From the NCBI GenBank assembly GCA_963765765.1, contig CAVXYC010000023.1:64001-128000 (forward strand): 64,000 nt of DNA, written 5' to 3'. Every line of letters begins with the position of its first letter. Within the stretch, counting starts at the first letter, position 1. Under the pieces are notes generated by a model. It saw nothing but the letters and a program-made list of their open reading frames with translations. It was not told the origin of the DNA and did no database searches. Position numbers and translations under genes: made by a program. This stretch comes from an uncultured Chloroflexia bacterium (GTDB lineage Bacteria > Chloroflexota > UBA6077 > JACCZL01). Below, in pieces: positions 19,181-30,423 of the stretch.

Positions 19181-20671
19181 ATGAATGCAACTGTCAAGAC
19201 TCGTCAGGGTGAGGTGCGCGGGACCGTTGTCGATGGCGTGAACACCTTCAAAGGCATCCCCTATGCGGCGCCGCCATTCGGAGTCAATCGCTTTCTGCCG
19301 CCACAACAGGTCGCTCCCTGGAGTGGCGTGCGCGACGCGCTCACCTACGGACCGAAGTCGCCTCAGCCGCTCTACCCTCCACAAATCGCGCTGCTTCTCA
19401 ATGAATCTGTCGATTCCGGCGAGGATTGCCTGAGTCTCAATATCTGGTCCGCGGATCTCGGATCCGCTGCGCAGCCGGTGATGGTCTGGATTCCCGGCGG
19501 CATGTACGCGTACCACGGAACGGGTGGGTCACCCTGGTATGACGGCAGTCGGTTCGCCCGCGACGGCGTCGTCTGCGTGACCATCAACTACCGCGTCGCC
19601 GCCGACGGCTTCCTGTATCTCGGCGACGACAACACCAACCGCGGCTTGCTCGACCAGATTGCCGCGCTCGAGTGGGTACGAGACAACATCGCCGCCTTCG
19701 GTGGGAATCCTGATAACGTCACTATCTTCGGCGAATCGGCCGGGGCCCTGAGCGTCGGCACGCTCTTGGCCATGCCCCGAGCTGAGGGGCTGTTTCAGCG
19801 CGCCATCGCCCAGAGTGGCGGAGCGCAGCACGTAAGCTCAGCCTCAACCGCGCGACAAATAGCCCGGCGCCTCGCTGAGCAGCTTGGCGTGGAAGCCACG
19901 CGTGAGGCGATCGCGGCGGTCCCGATTGATCGCCTGCTTCAGGCTCAAACCGCTCTGGAGGGAGACCTGGCGGCCCATCCCGACCCGTCCCGCTGGGGTT
20001 TGGAGGTGATTCTCACGATGCTACCCTGGCAGCCGGTAGTTGACGGCGACGTCGTCCCCGCGCCGCCGATGGAGCGCATCGGCGCCGGGGCCGGCGCGGA
20101 CATCGACCTTCTGATCGGCACGAACACCGACGAGCACCGATTATTCCTGGTACCCGGCGACGTGATCGACCAGATCACCCCCGAGGCCCTGGCTGGCGCC
20201 ATCGCGGCCTACGGTCTCCCAATCGAGCGGGCCCTGACCACCTATCGCGCCGCGGATCCGGACGGGAGCCCAGGTGACCTGCTGGCGGCGGTACAGACCG
20301 ACTGGTACTGGCGCATCCCTGCCATCAATCTGGCTAACGCCCATGTCAAGAACGGCGCCCCAACATATATGTATGAATTCGCCTGGCGCTCGCCCCAGTT
20401 CAACGGACGCCTCGGCGCCTGCCATGCGCTCGAGATCCCATTCGTGTTCGACACGCTGGGCAACGAGACTGAAGCGCTGTGGGGAGCCGACCCACCTCAG
20501 CGGCTCGCCGACACCATGCACGCGGCCTGGGTCGCCTTCGCCACAAACGGTGAGTGCGATTGGCCGCGATACGACCTTAGCCGTCGGGCGACGATGCGCT
20601 TCGGTGGAGCGCCGGAGATAGTGGACGATCCACGCTCGGCGGAGCGGGCGCTGTGGGAGGGTGTGCGTTAA
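19181..20671 (+). CDS. Type-B carboxylesterase (pNB-esterase-like)
   Basis: FKGIPYAAPP, EDCLSLNIW, FGGNPDNVTIFGESAG, GTNTDE, GACHALEIPF. Confidence 0.93.
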   Translation: MNATVKTRQGEVRGTVVDGVNTFKGIPYAAPPFGVNRFLPPQQVAPWSGVRDALTYGPKSPQPLYPPQIALLLNESVDSGEDCLSLNIWSADLGSAAQPVMVWIPGGMYAYHGTGGSPWYDGSRFARDGVVCVTINYRVAADGFLYLGDDNTNRGLLDQIAALEWVRDNIAAFGGNPDNVTIFGESAGALSVGTLLAMPRAEGLFQRAIAQSGGAQHVSSASTARQIARRLAEQLGVEATREAIAAVPIDRLLQAQTALEGDLAAHPDPSRWGLEVILTMLPWQPVVDGDVVPAPPMERIGAGAGADIDLLIGTNTDEHRLFLVPGDVIDQITPEALAGAIAAYGLPIERALTTYRAADPDGSPGDLLAAVQTDWYWRIPAINLANAHVKNGAPTYMYEFAWRSPQFNGRLGACHALEIPFVFDTLGNETEALWGADPPQRLADTMHAAWVAFATNGECDWPRYDLSRRATMRFGGAPEIVDDPRSAERALWEGVR

Positions 20672-20767
20672 CTCGAGAGCGGGCCGCGGAGCCCGCAGCC
20701 CGGATCACAGTGCTTGACCTGACGGAATATTCGACATTCGCCATCGTGCGCGGAGTCACGCCGCGAT

Positions 20768-21385
20768 TCAGCCTCGATAGTCCGGGATTAGGCCGCACGA
20801 TCTCGAATAGATCGTTCACGTGCGTGTACCAATTGCCCGGCAAGTCGGCCAACGGGTTTGAGCTTCTCCATATTGATGCGGCCCGTGGCGGCATCGTAGA
20901 CCTCATCGGCGATATGGAAGTGCACGATCTCACCGAGCACAACGAAGTAGCCGTCGTTGCCGACTGGGATCGTTTGCGTAAGTCGGCATTCCATGCTGAT
21001 GGGGGCCTCAGCCACGCGCGGCGCCTTGACTTTCATGCTGGGCGCGCTCGTCAGTCCGGTCAGGGCGAATTCGTCCACATCCGGCGGATACTCCCCGGAC
21101 GTCAGGTTCATCTGCTCCACCAGAGCGTCGTTGACTACGTTGATCACGTACTCGCCGGTCGCCTTGACGTTCCTGCACGGTGTCTTTGGCCACGCCTTCT
21201 CGCGAGCCGGCAGAGAACATCACCGTGGGCGGATTGGAGCAGACCGCGTTGAAAAAGCTGAATGGCGCCAGGTTGTGCACGCCTTCCGAGCTTACCGACG
21301 ACACCCACGCAATGGGGCGAGGCACGACGCAGCCAATGAGCACCTTGTACGCTGCCGACGGAGTCTGTTCCGGATCGATCTGCAC
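20768..21385 (-). CDS. Flavin reductase-like protein (DIM6/NTAB family), frameshifted
   Basis: VVPRPIAWVSS, NLAPFSFFN, KDT; then APRVAEAPISMECRL, PVGRLAG; then NWYT in a third frame. Confidence 0.82.
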
Positions 21386-21475
21386 GGCTATGTTCCTCGC
21401 CTCACTGTGTCGTTGAGCCCTGATGATACTGTCGCCGGGCCCTCGATGCGCGCAACAGCGTAGCGCACGAAGAGC

Positions 21476-22694
21476 CTAGCTCTTGCTGGTGACGAGCTCT
21501 CGCTCGGGCTGGCGCTCCTTAACGAAGAGCCAGAACATTGCCAGCGAAAGCAGGCTCAACAGTCCAGCCGTCGGACCAATCGCGGTATAGCCCAGGAGGC
21601 CCACTACGATGCCCGCGATGCTCGCCCCCCACGGAGGCGCCCAGATTTCCAGCCGCGCCAGAGAGTGACGTCACGGTCGCTCGAGCGTTTGGCTCCAGCT
21701 CCGACATCACTGCCTGAGTGCTACTTCCGCGCGCGCCATTCGGTAGAGCGAATAGAAAGAGACACACGAAGCCGGCCACAATCGTCGGCGCCAGTGTTGT
21801 CAGGGCCACGCCGAAGACCGTACTGATCAGCCCGGCGCTGAGTAGCACGGAACGCTTGCCAAATCGATCGGCCAGACGGCCGCCAAGGGTACTGCCGAGC
21901 ATCATGGCGGAGCCTGTGGTGAAGTTCAGGGCGCCCAGCGCCCACTCCGCCAGGTTGAATCGATCGAAGAAGAACGCTGCCATGAAGCTCAGCACGCAGA
22001 ACCAGCACGCTGAGTGCAGGCCCATGCCCAGGACACCGAACGCGACGGATTGATTCCGTAATGTGCCCAGTGCCGACGGCCGAGGCGCAAGTGAGCTTCG
22101 TGGGGCTTGAGTCGGAAGCTTCCGCCAGAGCGTGAGGGCCAGAATAATCCCCAGAGCTCCGAGCAGGACGAATGTCCAGCGCCACGAAGTGAACCCAGCG
22201 ATTGCCGCGCCCAGCGGCACTCCAACCACTGGGGCCACGCCGTTCGCGGAAATAGCCCAGCCCATCGCCTTGCCGCGCTCTTCATAAGGGAAATACTCAC
22301 CCGCGGCCGAGATCGTTGCCGGCATCAATCCAGCCATCCCAAGCCCAGCGATCGCCCGCAGGCCAACCACCATCCAGAAATTGGGTGACAAGGCTGCCAT
22401 CAAGATCGCCGTGCCGACCAGCGACAGTCCCACGATGACGAACGGCTTACGGCCATGGCGATCCATCGCGGGCCCAATCCACAGCGCAGTACCTGCGCTG
22501 ATCAACGTCGGTGCCGCCACCAGCAACCCGCCCAGCGATACGTCTACACCGAAATCTCGCACGATCAATGGGAGTAGTGGAATCACGAACAACGAATTGA
22601 ACGCGCCCAGAAAGCTCCCGCAGCAGAGGAGGCCGAAGATGAGATGTCGGTTGGGAGGAGGGGAATTGGTCAGGTACTGGTCCTTGTGCTGCAC
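21476..22694 (-). CDS. MFS transporter (probable frameshift near 21625)
   Basis: Motif A GPAMDRHGRK and GRLADRFGKR; multiple TM helices; the shifted frame gives a final TM helix ending at 21476. Confidence 0.85.
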
Positions 22695-22841
22695 CGGCTT
22701 AGCGACGACGCGTCGCGCATCTTACCAGCCAATGCATCGGCAAGGCGCTGCGCGGGCTGTCATGCTGCGATGTGCCAGGCTCGTGGAGCAGCAGCTTGCC
22801 TGCTCAAGGATCGCTGTCATTTGCTCTGGCGTATCCCGCCG

Positions 22842-23681
22842 TTATTGACCCTTGGGCGGACCCGCCTCCAGACGTCTGCGCACCTCTTCCGTGCGCTCGG
22901 GAGATATCTGTAAATCCCCCCAGCGAGTCTCCAGCCACCAGGTGCAGCCGGCCTCTGTCCAGGGAGCGACGAACTCGGCGGCAGCCGCGGCGTCATCGAC
23001 TGGCGTCTCGCCTTCCGTGATGATGTCAAAGCCTTCGATCGAGCGGCCGTGCTCGCGAAGCCAGTCGATGATGTCGGGAACATCGTCGGGCCGCATCTCG
23101 CGCGGTCCGTTCGCATCCATCGCCTGCGGGATAAGACCGTCACATCGCAGCACACGCTCCATTGACTTTGGCCTTGGCCAGGCACCGACCACCCAAATCG
23201 GCACACGCGGTTGCTGTACTGAAGCAGTAGAAGAAGCGAGGTCCGTTCGTGCCTCCAGGTTCACCTGGTAATGCTGCCCGTCATATCGGAGCTGCTGGTT
23301 CCACAAGCCGGCGATCAGGTCGATTCCCTCGTCCATCATCCCAGCACGCGTACGCAGATCGGTGATCTCGCCCGTGCTGCCGAGCGCGTCATCCACCGCG
23401 CCGAGTCCAACAGCCAGGATGGCGCGACCATTGGAGACCTGGTCCAAAGTGACCGCCTGACCGGCCAGCTTCCAGGGCCGCCGCCAGGGCAGCGGCGTGA
23501 GCATAGTGCCCAGCTTGACGTGCGATGTGCGCTGGGCCATGGCACCCATGAGCGTCCAGGGGTCCACCCCGTAGCTCGTCTCCCAGACGAATATTCCATC
23601 CCAGCCCGATTGATCGGCGATGACCGCCTGCTCCAACTGCTGCCGGGCATCTCCGCCGGGGAGCACGAATCCAAATTTCAC
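22842..23681 (-). CDS. LLM-class flavin-dependent oxidoreductase
   Basis: GTG start after AGGAGG; GWDGIFVWE, DPWTLMGAMA, RRPWKLA, QPRVPIWVVG. Confidence 0.85.
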   Translation of the reverse strand: MKFGFVLPGGDARQQLEQAVIADQSGWDGIFVWETSYGVDPWTLMGAMAQRTSHVKLGTMLTPLPWRRPWKLAGQAVTLDQVSNGRAILAVGLGAVDDALGSTGEITDLRTRAGMMDEGIDLIAGLWNQQLRYDGQHYQVNLEARTDLASSTASVQQPRVPIWVVGAWPRPKSMERVLRCDGLIPQAMDANGPREMRPDDVPDIIDWLREHGRSIEGFDIITEGETPVDDAAAAAEFVAPWTEAGCTWWLETRWGDLQISPERTEEVRRRLEAGPPKGQ

Positions 23682-23881
23682 GAGCTTCCCTCCTTGGTTC
23701 GGTTGATGGAGCGATTCGCCTAACGACTCCACTCTATAACGCGACAGTCGATCAGACGGAAGTAATTGCCATGCCCCCAAATGGCACGCGCACTGCGTTC
23801 GCGAGCCAGACAGCGTGACCCGTATCGGTAATCCGCGGCGGTCGACGGCAATGATGCCGGAGCGACCAGTGGGAGGGCGCA

Positions 23882-25214
23882 ATGGCATGGAAGAGGAGTT
23901 TCACTAGTCTGCGCACCGTGGCGGGCGCACTGGCGCTGAGCGTGGTGATCTCAGCCTGTGGCCAGAGCGCTCAGCAACAAACCGGCGGAGCGGATGCGTC
24001 TCGCATCGGCGGCACCGTGAACGTGCTGGCAACCTGGGGCGGCGACGAGCAGGACAGCTTCCTTGCCATGGTGAAACCGTTCGAGGATCGCACGGGTGTC
24101 CGCATTCAGTACGAAGGAACCCGTGATCTCAGTGCCGTACTTACGACACGAGTTCAGGGCGGCAATCCCCCCGACGTGGCCGGACTCCCTGGCCCGGGCC
24201 AGATGGCCGAGCTGGCACGTGGTGGGCGCCTCATCGACCTCAGCTCCGTCGTGGATATGACATCCCTGCAAGCTGATTACTCCCAGGACTGGATTCGCCT
24301 CGGGCAGGTGGACAATCGGCTGGTCGGCATTTTCATCAAGACCGCCCTGAAAGGTCAGATCTGGCACAACCCAGCAGCGTTCAACCAGGCCGGATACGCC
24401 GTTCCGCGTACCTGGGATCGAGACGATGGCGCTCTCCGAGCGCATCGCTCAATCCGGCACGGCTCCCTGGTGCATCGGTCTGGAAAGTGGCGCCACCAGC
24501 GGCTGGCCTGGCACGGACTGGATCGAGAACATCGTGCTGCGACAGTCTGGGACGGACGTATACGATCGCTGGCATTCTGGTCAGCTTCGCTGGACATCGC
24601 CAGAGATTCAACGCGCCTGGCAGACATGGGGTCAGATCGTCGGCAATCCGTCCATGGTATTCGGCGGTCGGCAGGGCATGCTTGCCACCAACTTCGGCGA
24701 CGCCGGCGCTCAGCTTTTCACCACTCCGCCGCGCTGCTATCTGCACGAACAGGGCAGCTTTATTACCAGCTTCTACACGAAATCCGATCCCAACCTTCAG
24801 GCTGCACAGGATTTCGATTTCTTCATGTTCCCGCCTTTCGACCAGGCGCAGGCTTCCAGCAGTATCGAAGTCGCTGGCGACTTGTTTGGAATGTTCAAAG
24901 ACACTCCTCAGGCCCGGGCTCTGATGCAATACCTCGTGACGCCGGAGGCGCAGTCCATCTGGACTCGACGTGGCGGTGCCATCTCGCCAAATCGTCAGGT
25001 GGGCGCGGATGCGTACCCGGACACCATGGCGGCGAAGGCCGCGCAGACAATGACAAGCGCAAGCACGGTGCGCTTCGATGCCTCGGACCTCATGCCTGAG
25101 GGGATGAACAACGCGTTCATGCGCGGTCTTCTCGATTACGTGAACGATCCGACCCGCCTGAATGAGATTCTTGCGAGCCTGGACCGCGTGCAAGCCGACA
25201 CCTACAGTCGGTAG
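23882..25214 (+). CDS. Sugar ABC transporter substrate-binding lipoprotein (AglE-like; frameshift at about 24420)
   Basis: ISAC lipobox; GNPPDVAGLPGPG, PWCIGLESGATSGWPGTDWIE, RFDASDLMP. Confidence 0.85.
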
Positions 25215-25223
25215 AACGTCTGG

Positions 25224-26198
25224 GTGGATCGGCTTCTATTTGCTCTTCTTGTTATCGTGGCCGCGCCAGCGGCCACGGCTCTTTATATCGTCCTTGCCGA
25301 GCGGGCGTTGCGTGTGCTTCCGGAACGACGCCAGAGGCGTATTCGCCCCTGGCTGTGGATCGGCCCTGCACTGCTGTTGCTTACCGTCTTCCTGATTTAT
25401 CCATCGGTGCATACGCTCGTGCTCAGCTTCTTCAACGCCGACAGCACACGTCCAGTCGGGCTGGACAACTACGCGTACATCGCCACCGATCAGAGCATGC
25501 TCATCGCTCTGCGTAATAACCTGCTATGGGTCGTCCTGTTCAGCGGTTTGACCGTAGCGCTTGGCTTGCTCACAGCGATACTCACCGACCGGGTTCCGTA
25601 CGAGGGCGTGGCAAAGGGCGTGATATTTCTGCCTATGGCCATCTCGTTCGTTGCGGCGGGTGTCATCTGGCGCTTTATGTACGACTATCGGCCGCCAGGC
25701 ATACCCCAAACCGGCACTCTTAACGCGGTGCTCACCGCCCTGATCCCCGGATTCGAACCGCAGGCCTGGCTGATCAATCCGTCCGTAAACAACCTGGGAC
25801 TCATCGTCGCCGGCGTATGGACGTGGACGGGATTCTGCCTGGTGATTCTTTCAGCTGCACTTAAAGGAATCCCGAGCGACGTCATCGAGGCCGCGCGAGT
25901 TGACGGTGCCACTGAGCTCCAGATCTTCCGACGCATCATCCTGCCGATGATGAGCCCGACGATCGCGGTTGTCGTCACGACCATGATCATCTTTGCCCTC
26001 AAAGCATTCGACATCGTCTACGTCATGACCAACGGAAACTACGACACAGAAGTCATCGCCAACCGCATGTACAAGGAGCTATTCAACTTCCGCAACTTTG
26101 GTCGCGCCAGCGCCATTGCGGTGCTGCTTCTGGCGGCGATTGTGCCCGTCATGATCTTGAACATCAGCCGATTTCGCGCTCAGGAAGAGCGCCGTTAG
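25224..26198 (+). CDS. Carbohydrate ABC transporter permease (AglF-like)
   Basis: EAARVDGA loop; IFLPMAISFVAAGVIW. Confidence 0.92.
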   Translation: MDRLLFALLVIVAAPAATALYIVLAERALRVLPERRQRRIRPWLWIGPALLLLTVFLIYPSVHTLVLSFFNADSTRPVGLDNYAYIATDQSMLIALRNNLLWVVLFSGLTVALGLLTAILTDRVPYEGVAKGVIFLPMAISFVAAGVIWRFMYDYRPPGIPQTGTLNAVLTALIPGFEPQAWLINPSVNNLGLIVAGVWTWTGFCLVILSAALKGIPSDVIEAARVDGATELQIFRRIILPMMSPTIAVVVTTMIIFALKAFDIVYVMTNGNYDTEVIANRMYKELFNFRNFGRASAIAVLLLAAIVPVMILNISRFRAQEERR

Positions 26199-27085
26199 TG
26201 GCCACTATCGCTGTACCGCGTAGACGCGGGCTCACAGGTGAGCGACTGGAGCACTGGCTTCGCTCCGCCCCCGTACACCTGGCGCTTCTGATCATTAGCC
26301 TGGTCTGGCTCGCTCCGGCTGTCGCGCTTCTAGTCAGCTCGTTTCGACCACCAGGACAGGTGTCGAGCACGGGCTGGTGGACGGCGCTCCGCCCACCTTT
26401 CACCTTCACGTTAGAAAACTACGAGCGCGTGCTGACGAACAACAATCTCGGCCAGAGCTTCATCAACAGCCTGGTAATCACAGTGCCGGCCACGGTCATC
26501 CCGCTGCTCATCGCCGCGTTCGCCGCGTACGCCTTCGCTTGGATGAGCTTTCCGGGCCGAAACCTTCTTTTCTTCATCATCGTGGGTCTCCTGGTGGTTC
26601 CGCTCCAGATGACGCTGATCCCCGTCCTACGCCTGTTCAATGCCACCGGACTCACCGGGACGTTTGTCGGAATCTGGCTGGCCCACACAGCTTACGGTCT
26701 GCCCTTTGCCATCTATCTGCTGCGCAACTTCTTCGGTGAATTGCCACGGGAGATGTTGGAGTCGGCGTATATCGACGGGGCATCGCCCGTGACGGTGTTC
26801 TTCCGCCTGGTGTTGCCGACATCCGTGCCGGCGCTGGCCTCCCTGGCGATATTCCAATTTCTCTGGGTGTGGAACGACCTGCTGGTGGCGCTCATCTATT
26901 TGGGCGGAGATCCGAGTGTTGCGCCGCTCACCGTGACGGTGAGCAACCTTGTGAACTCGCTCGGGCAGGACTGGCAGCTTCTCACCGCCGCGGCATTCAT
27001 TTCAATGGCACTGCCACTGGTAGTTTTTCTCACCCTCCAGCGCTACTTCGTGCGCGGCATCCTGGCTGGCTCCGTGAAGGGGTAA
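26198..27085 (+). CDS. Carbohydrate ABC transporter permease (AglG-like)
   Basis: ESAYIDGAS, FQFLWVWNDLL, QRYFVRGILAGSVKG. Confidence 0.92.
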   Translation: MATIAVPRRRGLTGERLEHWLRSAPVHLALLIISLVWLAPAVALLVSSFRPPGQVSSTGWWTALRPPFTFTLENYERVLTNNNLGQSFINSLVITVPATVIPLLIAAFAAYAFAWMSFPGRNLLFFIIVGLLVVPLQMTLIPVLRLFNATGLTGTFVGIWLAHTAYGLPFAIYLLRNFFGELPREMLESAYIDGASPVTVFFRLVLPTSVPALASLAIFQFLWVWNDLLVALIYLGGDPSVAPLTVTVSNLVNSLGQDWQLLTAAAFISMALPLVVFLTLQRYFVRGILAGSVKG

Positions 27086-27104
27086 GGCGAATGAGGAGCT
27101 AAGA

Positions 27105-28217
27105 GTGGCGGGCATCTACTATCAGCATGTGTTCAAGCGGTTCGGCGACGTCACGGTCCTGAACGATTTCAACTTGGGCGTTAAAGATGGCACCTTTCTT
27201 GCGCTGCTTGGTCCGTCAGGCTCGGGCAAATCCACGGCGCTCCGGCTCCTGGCAGGACTGGACGAGACGACGAAGGGTGAGATCTACATAGGCGATCGCG
27301 TCGTCACACAGCTGGCGCCCCGCGATCGCGATATAGCCATGGTGTTCCAGTCCTACGCCCTATATCCCCACATGTCGGTGTACGACAATGTCGCCTTTGG
27401 CCTTCAGATCCGAAAGACGCCCAAGGGCGAGATTGGTCGACGAGTGGATGACGCGGCGAGGATCCTTGGCATCGAGTCGCTCCTCGACCGAAAACCGGGT
27501 CAGCTCTCCGGAGGTCAGCGCCAGCGCGTGGCTCTAGCCCGCGCGATTGTGCGTGAGCCGAGTGTCTTCCTGCTCGATGAGCCGCTTTCAAATTTGGACG
27601 CGAAATTGCGCGTCCATACGCGCACCGAAATCAGTCAGCTTCACGATCGACTCGGAACCACGTTCGTCTACGTGACGCATGACCAGGTGGAAGCCATGAC
27701 CATGGCGGAGCAGATAGCCGTCCTGGATCAGGGCGTCATCCAGCAAGTTGGAACGCCCCATGACCTCTATAACCGCCCCGCAAATCGCTTCGTCGGTGGC
27801 TTCATTGGAAGCCCGGCGATGAACTTCTTCGATGTGCTGGTCAAGGCGAACGAAGGGGACCTACGGATCGATAGCGGTTCATTCCAGCTTCCGGTTCCGG
27901 ATTCCACCGTCGGATCCCTCAGGCCGTACATTGGCCAGCACATCACGCTGGGGATCCGGCCTGAGCACATTCATGCTCGAGACTTCGCACCGCCCGGGAT
28001 ATCCGGCGCGCCGCTCCGTGCCAGAGTCTCAGTCACCGAGTGGCTCGGAAATGAGCTATTTCTTTATTTGTCCAGCGGCAGCGCCGCGTTCGCGGCGCGA
28101 GTGGATCCGCGAACGCAAGCCCGCCCGCGAGAGGAGCTTAGCTTGGTCGTGGATATCAACAATCTCCATTTTTTTGACGCTGAGAGCGAAAAGTCCATCT
28201 CAGGCATAGCGGTATGA
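27105..28217 (+). CDS. Carbohydrate ABC transporter ATPase (MalK/MsmX/UgpC family)
   Basis: GPSGSGKST, VFQSYALYPH, LSGGQRQR, DEPLSNLDAKLR, FIGSPAMN. Confidence 0.95.
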   Translation: MAGIYYQHVFKRFGDVTVLNDFNLGVKDGTFLALLGPSGSGKSTALRLLAGLDETTKGEIYIGDRVVTQLAPRDRDIAMVFQSYALYPHMSVYDNVAFGLQIRKTPKGEIGRRVDDAARILGIESLLDRKPGQLSGGQRQRVALARAIVREPSVFLLDEPLSNLDAKLRVHTRTEISQLHDRLGTTFVYVTHDQVEAMTMAEQIAVLDQGVIQQVGTPHDLYNRPANRFVGGFIGSPAMNFFDVLVKANEGDLRIDSGSFQLPVPDSTVGSLRPYIGQHITLGIRPEHIHARDFAPPGISGAPLRARVSVTEWLGNELFLYLSSGSAAFAARVDPRTQARPREELSLVVDINNLHFFDAESEKSISGIAV

Positions 28218-29020
28218 CGATGATTGAACGCACCATTCCATGGGCACGCCCGGCATCGCGGGCACCGTCATCCACGCGGCTCGTGAGCCAATACATTGAC
28301 GTGGATCGCATCACCATGCATACGAAGGTCTCGGCCGGCCCCATTCCGGTGCGAAGACCACCGGTAGTGCTGGTGCACGGCCTGGTGGTTTCCAGTCGTT
28401 ATATGGAACCGCTCGCGGAGTGCCTGGCCACCGATACTCGAGTCTTTGCTCCGGACCTTCCCGGATACGGTCGAAGTGACAAGCCGCGTGGAACGACTGA
28501 TGTGCCCTCACTTGCATCGTCATTGGACCGCTGGATGGAGGCGGTTGGCCTGGAACAAGCCATTATCGTGGCGAACTCATTTGGCTGCCAGATTGCCGCG
28601 CATCTGGCAGCAACGTACCCTGCAAGGGTGAGCGAGCTGGTCTTGCTTGGGCCGATGGTGGAGCCTTCCGCGCGCAACGCCCTCGTGCTTGCTGCCAGGG
28701 GACTCGCGAATGTCCGATTCGAGCCCGCCTCGCTCGGATGGATCATTGCTCAGGACCTCTGGGCCATGGGCGTACCACGGGCACTTTCGCTCATATACAC
28801 CATGCTGACGGATCACATTGAAGTCACACTTCCTCATGTACGGGCACGAACCCATATTGTTCGTGGAGAGCGAGATACATTGGCATCGGGGGGCTGGGTC
28901 AGGGAGCTTATGGGCGTAACTCCAATCGGCGAATCTGCCGAAATCCCTGGGGCGGGGCATGCCTTGAATTACAATGCTCCTGGCCGGGTCGCAACGCTCG
29001 TGCGCAGCTTGATCCACTAG
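28214..29020 (+). CDS. Alpha/beta hydrolase
   Basis: VLVHGL, PDLPGYGRS, ANSFG, GERD, GAGH; ATGA overlap with the ATPase. Confidence 0.88.
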   Translation: MTMIERTIPWARPASRAPSSTRLVSQYIDVDRITMHTKVSAGPIPVRRPPVVLVHGLVVSSRYMEPLAECLATDTRVFAPDLPGYGRSDKPRGTTDVPSLASSLDRWMEAVGLEQAIIVANSFGCQIAAHLAATYPARVSELVLLGPMVEPSARNALVLAARGLANVRFEPASLGWIIAQDLWAMGVPRALSLIYTMLTDHIEVTLPHVRARTHIVRGERDTLASGGWVRELMGVTPIGESAEIPGAGHALNYNAPGRVATLVRSLIH

Positions 29021-29099
29021 CTCAACCAGGTGATGCTCGCGCCTGAGTGCCTGCTCAAAACGTCGTGGACTGTTCGAGCTCCAACGGTCCGGACCTTGC

Positions 29100-29525
29100 C
29101 TAGTACCTTGTCATGATTGAGATGTCAGGTCGGAGTATCGAGACGGTCGTGTGATGGCCGCGGGGCCACACTGGGCTTATGCCCAAGCATGCACGTCTCC
29201 TCCTCTCTCCAGAACAGCGCGGCGCGCGCGCCGCGCTCATCGCAGCCGGCTCGGCGCCGACGCAGAAATTGACCAAACTGGAGCTGCACTACACCCCGAA
29301 ACACGGCAGTTGGTTGGATATCGCCGAGATCGAGCTCAGTCCCGTCGCCCGCCAATGCCTGGACCGCCGTATCCCCGATACAGCGACGCTGGAAACCGAA
29401 GTGGCTGCCTGGGTCGCCGACCGCAACGCAGCGCAGGTGACCGTCTCCTGGCGCTTCACGACCGACGATGCCCGCATCAAGCTCCACCATCTCTACCCGA
29501 CTCTTCAATCCTGACGGTGCACTAG
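29100..29525 (+). mobile_element. Internally deleted IS630-family element
   Basis: Imperfect terminal inverted repeats ctagtaccttgtcatgattga / tcaatcctgacggtgcactag (16/21 match), CTAG at both ends; ORF 29179-29514 has HYTPKHGSWLDIAEIELS…WRFTTDDARIKLHHLYP. Confidence 0.88.
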
Positions 29526-29527
29526 TC

Positions 29528-30316
29528 GTGAAGACCATGCGCTTTCGAGGTGTTGTCGGCGGCTCAGTAAACGGGCATTACGCTCAAGTTGGCAATATTT
29601 CGGTCTATTACGAGGTGAACGGCGCGGGCGAGCCGCTGATGCTGATCCACGGGTTATCCGGATCGGGACGGTGGTGGTCAAGAAACGTGGCGGCGCTCGC
29701 GGAGCACTACCGGGTCCATGTCGTAGACCTGGCAGGCTTCGGCAGGAGTCGCTCCGCGCCACGCGTGGCACTTAAAGCAAGTGGGGACTTTCTGACGCGC
29801 TTGATGGACGCGTTGGAGATCGAACAAGCATCCATAGTGGGTCACTCTATGGGCGGATTGTTCGCAGCGAGTCTGGCGGCCGACGCACCGGCGCGAGTGA
29901 ACCGGCTGATGTTGGTCAACGCCGCTGTTCTGCCACTTCGGCGGACGGGCATAGCGCTGCGCTTTGGAACCGGCCAAGCGGCTACATCAGTGTCAGCATC
30001 CTTCCTACCTGTGGTTCTGTCTGATGGTTTGAGGGCAGGCCCCATGAGCCTGATCGGCGCCGCCCGAGATCTGCTGCAAGCGGACGCACGCGCGAAGTTG
30101 AATCAGATTGCGGCCCCGACACTGGTCATCTGGGGCGCGGGAGATCGTCTCCTTCCAGTGCAGCTAGGCGAAGAGATCAGGGCAAGCATTCAACTTGCTC
30201 GCCTGCAGATCGTTCATGGCGCCGGTCACAACCCCATGTGGGACCAACCCGTTGTCTTTAACCAGGCGATACTGAGCTTTATGGCGGAGAGGGCGCTCGT
30301 CCCGAACGTCGCCTGA
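29528..30316 (+). CDS. Alpha/beta hydrolase
   Basis: LIHGLSGS, DLAGFGRS, GHSMGG, WGAGD, GAGHNP. Confidence 0.9.
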   Translation: MKTMRFRGVVGGSVNGHYAQVGNISVYYEVNGAGEPLMLIHGLSGSGRWWSRNVAALAEHYRVHVVDLAGFGRSRSAPRVALKASGDFLTRLMDALEIEQASIVGHSMGGLFAASLAADAPARVNRLMLVNAAVLPLRRTGIALRFGTGQAATSVSASFLPVVLSDGLRAGPMSLIGAARDLLQADARAKLNQIAAPTLVIWGAGDRLLPVQLGEEIRASIQLARLQIVHGAGHNPMWDQPVVFNQAILSFMAERALVPNVA

Positions 30317-30423
30317 GTGGTCCGCGACGACCGTCGGACCGCTGCATGTTCTGAGACCGCCCAGGCCGCTATGATTGGCGGACCTAGAAAATGTTCGAAG
30401 TCGAACATGGGAGGACGTATTCA

